Positions 33,964-43,401 of a stretch of DNA of 64,000 nt are shown here, in pieces. The DNA is taken from NCBI GenBank assembly GCA_964035575.1, contig OZ037846.1, forward strand, positions 62,001 to 126,000, in the 5' to 3' direction. Position numbers and translations under genes: made by a program. This stretch comes from Rhynchopus sp. YZ270_cl-10. Lineage: Eukaryota. Positions within the stretch are counted from its first letter, which is position 1, and each line of letters opens with the position of its first letter. The notes below the pieces were generated by a model. The model saw only the letters and a list, made by a program, of their open reading frames with translations. It made no database searches and was not told the origin of the DNA.

Positions 33964-36699
33964 TCACACTGCACACGAAGACACCTCGTACAAGCCAGGT
34001 GTGTTGCCGTAGGGCACAAGCATGTTCTCAATCGAAGACGGGATCTTGAACTGCGCAGCGTCAGCCTCATAGAGCGCAACGGTGCCCTCTGCGGCAGCGG
34101 CCTCCTCACACAGCGTCCAGCTCCGCCCCACACTACGCCCCGTCACGGTCAGGAAGCGCTGTGTGCGCATGCCTACTGCACCGTACTGTACCGTCCCGCT
34201 GACGAGACCCATCCCGACGGGCACAGCAAGCAGCAGCAGACGCTCTGCAAATCCTACCGCACTCTCGCAGTGTGCTGCAGAAGGGCGTGTCAGGTTCCAC
34301 CCCACACACACACAGTTGCCGAGTAGTGAAACCAAACTGCCACCCGTCTCCTCCAGTACAACAGCCAGCGTCGAAACAGTAGCGCTCATGAGTTGCAGAC
34401 TGTGTGGCGCACCTGGCTCACCTGTGTCTGCCTCAACAACACCCACAGTAGCACTGAAGCTCTTGTGCTCAAACAGCCCAGCACTGCGCGCCTGCAGGTG
34501 GCCCGACTCAGATGCGCAGCTCTCAGAGAGTTGCACATCTAACGTTCTGTTTCGCAGTGGGTTCGTCTCACGTCCCGCAAGTGCAGCCGGCCACACACAG
34601 CACACATCAGTCGTCCCACTCACACCCTTCAAGTCCTGACGAAAGGAAGCGCCAATCACCACATCGCGTGCAACATACTCATCCTTGCACAGTGCAGAGC
34701 AGATCGCCACAGCACCTGGTTGGCAAGCGCTTTCGAGGCGTGATGCGACGTTCACAGTGTGTCCGAAGTAGTCCATGCGTCCGGTGAGTGTGTTCAACTC
34801 CACAGTGACAGGCCCTGTGTTGATCCCAATGCGGACAGTGAGACCACACCACAGCAAGCCCTGCTCAGCGCAGATCGGTGCGTCCTCCATAAGAGACGGC
34901 GGCCACTCCGCCTCGCGCAGCCGTTCGTGCACCTTCAGCGCAAAGTCCATCCCGTCCTGTGTCGTCGCAAAGGCAATCATGAATGCGTCGCCAATTGTCT
35001 TCACCTCGTAGCCGCCGAAGGTGTGCATCACGTCCCGTATCACAGCGTTGTGGATGCGCAGCCCAGCACGCATCCCGTCAGGTGCAGCTTCCCAGATCGA
35101 CGTTGACGCACGGATGTCTGTAAAGACAATCGTCACTGTGCCTTCGTCCAGTCCAGGTGCCGCTGACTTGTGTCGCTCGTCAGGTGCTTCCTCAGCAAGC
35201 TCAAACAGCGCAGCAGGGAGGTAGGGACGGTACTCCTCCAGACGGCTGATGGACAGCAGCATCCCACCCATCAGGCTGTGCACCTCCTTCACAACCACGT
35301 GTTTCCTGCCGTATCGTGAGATCGCACGCTGTGCCACGTCTGTTTCAAACTCGCCAATGGCTTTGATGGCAACAGACAGGTGCCGCATCGGTAGTGCAAT
35401 GAACACAACCTCGAGTATCGAGATCATCAGGTCAAACACAAACACAAGCAGCGTGAAGATCACAAGCACCACAAGCGCCTTCTGCACCTTTGCCTCCACA
35501 GACGACACAGGACGCAGCCATATCAGAAAGGCGTCTTGGTGCAGCTGCGCACCCTTGCGCACAAAGTGTTCCTCACCACCGAGCATCACCTTCATAAACG
35601 TGTGGGACGGTTCCTCCAGCACCTCTTCGAACGCATCCTTCACTGCCTGCGACTGCATGTCCGACACTTTCATGGCACATGACAGCGGTGCAACTGTGCT
35701 GAAGGAACGCACATCAGAGTTGCACAACCCCACCAGGTGTTCTCCTGTTGTCGACGCGTACACAATGGAGAGCTTTGCGTCCACAATCACCACTGTTGTG
35801 TCTGGGTGCTGCTTCTTGTACTCTGCCATGGGTTTGTCCCACATCCCGTACTCAAAGTGCGCGGAGATGATGACTGCTCTGTACTTGCTCCACGGGTGCG
35901 GTGCAGGTGGTGGCACGTGCACAGAATCAAACGCGGTGTAGGCGTACACGGTTCCGTCCAGTGACGTCCACGAAAGAGGTGGTCGCCACTTGTGTGCCAC
36001 GGCAAGCCCATCCCCTGTGTCCCACCCCCCTGAAGGAGGCAACCCGTTGCGTGGGTCGTAGTCAGGCCCAATGAGGTCCACTAGATAGCTCACGCCGTTC
36101 CACTTGTATGCAAATCCCAAGACTTCGCCTGTGACGTTGTGCATGTGGTGTGTTGAGATGAGCATCTCAGTGGGGTATGGCGGCTGTGCTGTGGTGTTGA
36201 CTGTGAAGTACTCTTCGTTGGGCACAAGGTAGTTGTTGTACTCTCCAGACATGAAGAGACGTCTTCCGTCACGGAGAGGGGCGGCCCACGCCATGCTGTA
36301 CACAGCAGTGCCGTCTGTGATGTTGTGTGGTACGAGTACGTACCCAAGTGCAAACAATCCAAACTTGCGGATGAAGCTGTAGCACAGCGGGATGGACTGC
36401 TTGCCCCACACACGCGGGTCGTCCGTGGCGATACTGGCATTGTCGTACACGTAGCTGTGCAGCGCGTTAGACGTGTTGGTTGCGCGGGACATCACTGACA
36501 GCATCGTGTGGTGCACACTAGCTAGCTCACTCGAACTCGTCTCACGCACAGTGTCCTCCAGCGACTTGAGACTCTCGAAGTACATCACCAGACCACCACC
36601 CATTGAAGCTGCTGTCGACACCAATGTCGCAAATGCAATGACAGCCAGCACAGGCGGCTTGCATTGCCGCGGTGCATCACACCTAGCTGTGTGCTGCAT
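33964..36699 (-). CDS. Receptor adenylyl cyclase AC4 (911 aa)
   Basis: Intact ORF with all catalytic motifs; the most divergent N-terminal sensor half and C-terminal domain of the four receptor-type copies. Confidence 0.9.
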   Translation of the reverse strand: MQHTARCDAPRQCKPPVLAVIAFATLVSTAASMGGGLVMYFESLKSLEDTVRETSSSELASVHHTMLSVMSRATNTSNALHSYVYDNASIATDDPRVWGKQSIPLCYSFIRKFGLFALGYVLVPHNITDGTAVYSMAWAAPLRDGRRLFMSGEYNNYLVPNEEYFTVNTTAQPPYPTEMLISTHHMHNVTGEVLGFAYKWNGVSYLVDLIGPDYDPRNGLPPSGGWDTGDGLAVAHKWRPPLSWTSLDGTVYAYTAFDSVHVPPPAPHPWSKYRAVIISAHFEYGMWDKPMAEYKKQHPDTTVVIVDAKLSIVYASTTGEHLVGLCNSDVRSFSTVAPLSCAMKVSDMQSQAVKDAFEEVLEEPSHTFMKVMLGGEEHFVRKGAQLHQDAFLIWLRPVSSVEAKVQKALVVLVIFTLLVFVFDLMISILEVVFIALPMRHLSVAIKAIGEFETDVAQRAISRYGRKHVVVKEVHSLMGGMLLSISRLEEYRPYLPAALFELAEEAPDERHKSAAPGLDEGTVTIVFTDIRASTSIWEAAPDGMRAGLRIHNAVIRDVMHTFGGYEVKTIGDAFMIAFATTQDGMDFALKVHERLREAEWPPSLMEDAPICAEQGLLWCGLTVRIGINTGPVTVELNTLTGRMDYFGHTVNVASRLESACQPGAVAICSALCKDEYVARDVVIGASFRQDLKGVSGTTDVCCVWPAALAGRETNPLRNRTLDVQLSESCASESGHLQARSAGLFEHKSFSATVGVVEADTGEPGAPHSLQLMSATVSTLAVVLEETGGSLVSLLGNCVCVGWNLTRPSAAHCESAVGFAERLLLLAVPVGMGLVSGTVQYGAVGMRTQRFLTVTGRSVGRSWTLCEEAAAAEGTVALYEADAAQFKIPSSIENMLVPYGNTPGLYEVSSCAV

Positions 36700-37551
36700 C
36701 ACCGCACAGGGTTTATGTTATGTGTACTGTGCTCTCATCCTGGTGTTGTGTGTTTGATAACAGATTTGGAGTGAGTAACGCCTGAACGGTGTGTTGTGGT
36801 CACAGACAAACGAACACCACCACAGGAGTGGACGGACACATGCACAATATATGCCGCCAACATCAGAAACGACAACACTACAGTCGTTAATTGCGCGCAA
36901 TCGAAGAACAGAACGTTCTTACAAAATACACTGGGGCGGGTGAGGTCAGGAGGTGGGCTTTCATGTTTGTTTCTGTTTGCAAATAAAAACAACAAAAAAA
37001 CTTTCTACCCCCAACCCGTCCAGAAAAAGAAAAGACCCTTTGACTGAAGTACAGAAATGAGAGTGCACAACAAAGGGGGAGCGGAATACACAAAAGAAGT
37101 CTCAGACGTTTGAATCATTTCCCACCACAACCACACCCACCATAGATGCACTTAGTACTGCACCACACCAAAAAGGGCGGAATAACTGCCACCTGTTTTA
37201 TTTTATTTTTTGACTTGGTACCAGTACTGTTCTCTTTCGCTCTGCCAAGGCAGTGTTCACGTCTTGGCGTATTGGGAGTAGTAGCCTGGGACCTAGTCCC
37301 GGTTGATGCCTTTTTCTCCCAACATCAGGTACACGAGTACGACCTATGTGGTTGGGATGGCCGGATTGCCACATTGTTTATTTGCAAAGGACTCAAATCA
37401 TCCAAATTAATCCTTTTTGTGCTTCTGTTTTGCATTCCCCAAATCATTTCGAATCTGCAAAGGGTGAAGTGGTGCCAAGAGTGGGTACATAAAAATAAAT
37501 TTTGTAAAATGAACCTCTCGTACATAGTTACCTAAACCCAAAACAAGGCGT

Positions 37552-39935
37552 CTAAGCATGTGTTGCTTGTGTGCCCCACATGTCTTGTCCTGCGAGGGTG
37601 ACCCCCCAATGGCCCCATGACAAGGCGATGCGTCCACGTGGTCCCCAAGAGGTAATCTGCTCGGCGAATTGAGGGCCGCAATGCCGGCTGCAGTGTTTCA
37701 TCTCTTCGATAGCAATGTCGCCTGACAAGAAACGCCGGACAGGCGCGACCAACGCTGTTTCTGGGTTGACTTTGCACACGCCGCTGTTGATGCTGGCACA
37801 GCCTGTGATGCGCCAGCGAATCACCGAGTCGCCGTCTTCACTTTCCTCAACGCTCTCAACGGTCAATTCAAAGTCGTCCGTCATATACGCAGCTGGGGAC
37901 GTTCTGAAGAGCATGTCAGTCAGGCTGCTTGCACCATGGACTGAAAGGATCCTCCCCCTCCGGACAGCAGGAACACACTGCCGCACCACACCAGAGAACC
38001 CTGTGATGAGCACTGGAGGGCAAAGGCGGGTGTGCTGTTGCGACGATTTGCTCACTTCTACAACAGGTGTAGCACCGGGGGACATGTACAGCCGTCCTAC
38101 CTCTGTGGTGCTCTGATCTGCAGCAGACATTAGGTACGAATCTGGAAGGGCTTTGACGTGCTCCACACTGCTTTCGACTGTACGGAAGCGCGCACCGAAG
38201 TGTCGTTTGAGGGCACGGTGGACCACTTCCTCTGCATTGGGCACAATAAACCCGCCTCGGCAGAGAGGGTACCCGACATAGCCTGCGTGGAACAGCAGTG
38301 GCGCTGCATCGTCATCGGTTGCCATATTATTCAAGAACTCCTCGCAAGCAGACACCTTCTCCACATCCACGAGCCCCTTCCGCTCACGCCAAGCACGCAC
38401 CTTTTTATACAGCGCCGTCTGCTCCACGCTTCCGGCGATCACCAAGCGGCCCGTCTCAATCCATATCGGCTTCTCCCCGACACTCACCAAGAAGGCGTTC
38501 AGCTTTCTGTAATTATCTATCGAAACCTTCACCTGAGCCAACGCGGCTTCGTGAGGCGCGTCGCAGTAACGTTCATACAAGAAAGCTGTGCCCATATAGC
38601 ACAGATTCAGGAGCAGCGCCTTTTTGTCGTCATCCGCAGATATTTGAAGGTTCTTGGGGCCGGTCAGGAATGGTGTGAACTTTGTGACCTTCTCCCGAAG
38701 GCTTGCCTGCCTCCCGCTTGTATGCCAGATTGCCGACAACCCAGGACGGTAATAGACCACGCTGTTCACATCTCCCCCACTGAGATGCAGGAAAGCCTGC
38801 ATCCAGGCAGAAGGCCCTCCTAAGACACCAAGAGTGCCCCGCAGGCTGTCACATATAGCAGGATATCCTCCCACGCGCATACCTTCAAGCTCCATAGTGA
38901 TCGGCTTTTCGATGCCAGGGTTCATGATGCGCAGCACCGCCTCGTCCATGTCCTCCTTGCACGCTTCCGAGTGCATAGCCTTAGTCGTCCATGCAAGGCG
39001 CTTTTCTACAAGCGATTCTTTCCCGTCTGTTTTCTCATCCACCTGCTTGCGTACGGGGGCGAGGACAGTGTCGCCGTAGTCAAAGGTGCAGAGGAGATCT
39101 GTCTCGGTTGACGTAGGATGCCGTCGACACTGAATACATCCGGGCGAGCGATGCAGCAAATATGAACCTTCGACCTTCCCGAAGCGGCAAGAAGCTTCTC
39201 AATACGCGCCTCCGTGAGAAGAGCCTGTCCATCTGCAGGAGATGGACAGCACACCGCAATGTGGGTCGCACCGTGGAGCGCATCATCGAGGGAGGAGCAA
39301 AAGACGGCGCTGGTGGTCGGGGTGTCGTACTTCTCGGTTTGCAGCGCGGAGAGCTCCGCCTCAGTAGAGACCTTCATACTAGAGTCCGTCAGCACACTTG
39401 GCGACACACCTACCTTATTCATGAGACCTACAACGCACCTCCCTACTGTACCAAATCCAATCACAACAGCCTTCACCTCCTCCGCCTTGGCGTCCTCCAG
39501 AGCGAGGGTGTCAAAGACATACTGAGCCACGTGCGGGCTGTTAATCCCAGGTGTCCCGATGACTTTCACATTGTGCTCCTCAGCTGCCTTCAGGTCAATC
39601 GAGCCAAGGCTGGTCCCACGGCGGATGAGTGTGAGGGTCTCCTCTGCAGAGGTTCTGTTGCGCCATGCCTGGAAGAACTCCGTTCCCACCTTCTGTGCGG
39701 AGACAACAACGACGGTAGGGTCCTCCGGGAGTACGTCCTTCGGTGCGGAGAAGACCTCGGGCTCTACCTTGTTGCCGTCGAAGAAGACGAAGGAAGACTT
39801 CTGCAGAATGTTTGAGTTGAGTGCGTCCTGCTTGAAGTGGGAGGCGCAGGGGGCCAGCCAGATGACGCTGCCGTTGCCAGGGGGGAACTTCGTGTGGCTC
39901 AAAAGGTACGACACATTGACTGTGCGGCGCAGCAT
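37552..39935 (-). pseudogene. D-2-hydroxyacid dehydrogenase-like N-terminal domain fused to a ~500-aa unknown domain; frameshifted near 39110
   Basis: RRGTSLGSIDLKAAEEHNVKVIGTPGINSPHVAQY and VVIGFGTVG (Rossmann fold) in 39006..39935, continuing in another frame (37552..39159). The stop codon comes from a dispersed repeat also present at 30471-30498. Confidence 0.6.
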
Positions 39936-40197
39936 TGTGTCGGCTACAAAAAGTGTTTCCCTTTTGTGTGGCGTGGGGTGTGGGGAGTGGAGAGGAGCTG
40001 GGGGTACTCATCGATGAATGGAAGTAACAATTTTGGAACAAAAAGAGATCGGGAGAGGAACAGGCCTGACGCTAACTTTTCGAATTTTGGGAAATCGTGG
40101 GATGATGGTCGAATATGGGGGGGGGGGAAAGCTAAAAAAAAATTTTTCCGCGCCTGTTTTTTGACCTCACGCAACACTCCACACCATTGACAAAAAC

Positions 40198-41416
40198 CAG
40201 GGTCCTAGCTCAGTAGAACGGAAAAGGTGGCCCACCTTTTCCGTTGTTTTTTTTTTTTTTTTTTGGGTTTTTTTTCAGGCTCTCCGCTAGGATTTCCGAT
40301 TTTGAAAATATTCTGTTGATGGTCCACGTTGGTGGGGTACATGCTTGCGCCGCAGGCGCACGGTACGCAACTTTTTTTTTTACCAACGCCCGATTTTGAC
40401 TTTTTTGGGACGTTTGAGCACTCACCTCTCCATATCTTCTTCTCCTGAGCTTTTTTGACAGGTAGAACGGGTCTGAACCACTTAGCAGAACTTTTTTTTT
40501 TTTTCTTTTTTTCCCCATTTTCAAAAAGTTCTGTTGACAATCAACAGAACTTTAGTACCTAACGGAGTGCCTGGTTTTTTTTACACGGTGCAAAAAACCG
40601 GTTGGCCAAGGAGGTCCTCAGTGTCGTCAGCCAGTCCCCTTTGCTGTTAAAAACAGCGACTTGGCGTGGTCAATTTTTCCGCGCGAACAGGGATTACGCT
40701 CCACGTGTGGAACGTATGGAAATCCATACGTGAATTGTTTTTGAAAAGGTGGAATCCATACGTGTCCATACGTAGGTAATTTGGGTTTTGGATTGGGGCT
40801 GGGGTGGGGTAGGTGAGGAGTGGGGCTCCGCCCCCACCTCTCACCTACCCCCTACAGAATTCTATTTGTAGGAGACAATTTTCTATTTTACCGGAAAAGG
40901 AGCATGCAGCATGGCGAAAGAAAAAAGTAGCGTACCGTGCGCCTGCGGCGCTAGATTGCAATACACCCTTCCCATGACATAATAGGCAATTTTAAGCGCA
41001 ATTTTTAGAAATGTTGCGTACCGTGGCTTCGCCAGAAACTTTCGTTTTAGCAAAATATGGAAGTAAAGTTTACGGAACTGGACCATAATTACCAACGAAA
41101 GTGCCATTTTATGTCAAGATTTTTTAAAAATGTTGCGTACCGTGGCTTCGCCAGGAACATTTGGATGCCATGACTGATGATTTCTCCAGTTCTTCGAACT
41201 TTCACAACCCTTCTCAACCAACTTTGCCAGGGAGAGCGCGCGCGAAGCGCGCGCGGTTTTTAATTGTTTTTTGCTTAGAATTGTACGTGTTGAAAATCCA
41301 TACGTACTTTTTTTATTTTTGGGGGAGCTGCGTAATCCCTGCGCGCGAAGCGCAGAAAAATTTTTTTTGAGCCACCTTTTCCGTTTCTTTTTTTTTTCTT
41401 CTGAGCTAGAACCCTG
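40198..41416. mobile_element. Non-autonomous hAT-like element, TIR CAGGGT(C/T)CTAGCTCAG, 7-bp direct flanks CAAAAAC
   Basis: 16-bp TIR plus subterminal ACGGAAAAGGTGGC in inverted orientation; CAAAAAC at 40191-40197 and 41417-41423. Confidence 0.75.
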
Positions 41417-41837
41417 CAAAAACACACGATTTTTATTTTTTGAAAACTTGGTCAGCCCCGCCGCCAGGATTTTGGGTTTGAAAAAGTTCTGTTGATGGTC
41501 CAAAAAATATTTTTCGCGCTTCGCGCGAAAACCCCTGCAAAGCTCCTTCTCGTGGCCTCCGGCGGAGAGACGCATGTTCCCCAAGCCCGGTCAGAGTTCC
41601 TCCGAATCAGCGACATTTGCTCTTTCCCTGTGCATTGTACCCTTCGGTGGCCGGCAGGTGGCCGTCCAGAATCCGCATTGGGTGTCAGCCTTCTTATCGG
41701 TAAAGCAGCGGTCATGGTACCCAAAGGTTCCTGGCGAAGCCACGGTACGCAACATTTCTAAAAAATGTTCCCATAAAATGGAACTGCGTTGGTGGTATAC
41801 ATACTTGCGCCGCAGGCGCACGGTACGCAACTTTTTC

Positions 41838-42829
41838 CATCATGTCATCATGTCATCATGTCATCATGTCATCATGTCATCATGTCATCATGTCATCATG
41901 TCATCATGTCATCATGTCATCATGTCATCATGTCATCATGTCATCATGTCATCATGTCATCATGTCATCATGTCATCATGTCATCATGTCATCATGTCAT
42001 CATGTCATCATGTCATCATGTCATCATGTCATCATGTCATCATGTCATCATGTCATCATGTCATCATGTCATCATGTCATCATGCCATCATGCCATCATG
42101 CCATCATGCCATCATGCCATCATGCCATCATGCCATCATGCCATCATGCCATCATGCCATCATGCCATCATGCCATCATGCCATCATGCCATCATGCCAT
42201 CATGCCATCATGCCATCATGCCATCATGCCATCATGCCATCATGCCATCATGCCATCATGCCATCATGCCATCATGCCATCATGCCATCATGCCATCATG
42301 CCATCATGCCATCATGCCATCATGCCATCATGCCATCATGCCATCATGCCATCATGCCATCATGCCATCATGCCATCATGCCATCATGCCATCATGCCAT
42401 CATGCCATCATGCCATCATGCCATCATGCCATCATGCCATCATGCCATCATGCCATCATGCCATCATGCCATCATGCCATCATGCCATCATGCCATCATG
42501 CCATCATGCCATCATGCCATCATGCCATCATGCCATCATGCCATCATGCCATCATGCCATCATGCCATCATGCCATCATGCCATCATGCCATCATGCCAT
42601 CATGCCATCATGCCATCATGCCATCATGCCATCATGCCATCATGCCATCATGCCATCATGCCATCATGCCATCATGCCATCATGCCATCATGCCATCATG
42701 CCATCATGCCATCATGCCATCATGCCATCATGCCATCATGCCATCATGCCATCATGCCATCATGCCATCATGCCATCATGCCATCATGCCATCATGCCAT
42801 CATGCCATCATGCCATCATGCCATCATGC
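41838..42829. repeat. Compound octamer satellite (CATCATGT)x30 + (CATCATGC)x94
   Basis: Perfect arrays with an abrupt T>C switch at ~42085. Confidence 0.95.
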
Positions 42830-43401
42830 ACCCCCCGTGGCATGATGGTGGCATGATGAAGGGGAAAAAAAAATCCCCCAAAAACGTGGGATGATGGCAT
42901 GATGGTTAGCAAAAGGCCTGCTAACAACGCAGAAACAAAATTTTTTTTGAAAAAAAAAAAAAAAAATGGGTGTTTTTGTGGTGGGTTGATGGTGGGATGA
43001 TGGTTTATGGTCGGGGGGGGAAAGCCATTTTCCGTGGGTTGATGGATGATGGTTAGCGTCAGGCCTGGGAGAGGAAAGGAGAGGGGAGGGGGGGGGGGGC
43101 TCACAATGCTACTCTTTTTCAAATTCGAAAAGTCCAGAAAAAATCCCCGAAAACCGTCCTGAAGTGCGGGGGAGAGGTGAAGCATAAAAGGGGTAAGAGG
43201 GGTAAACGGTAAGACTCATGGTAACCGAAGAGCGCGTCTTTTATTTCCGTACGTATTGCATACTCGTACAAAATAATAATAATATTTCTGTATGAGACTC
43301 AGCCTCGCGTGCTTAGTCATCGTCATGAAATGTGCAGTCTGGTGCACAACACAAAAAAAAAAAAAAAACGAAAGGTGTAAACCTCGTCGAAATAACAACC
43401 T

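Noticed and set aside
41574..42894. Long ORFs of HHVIMSSC/HHAIMPSC repeats
   Set aside because: Translations of a stop-free octamer satellite, open in all three frames, with no sign of coding.
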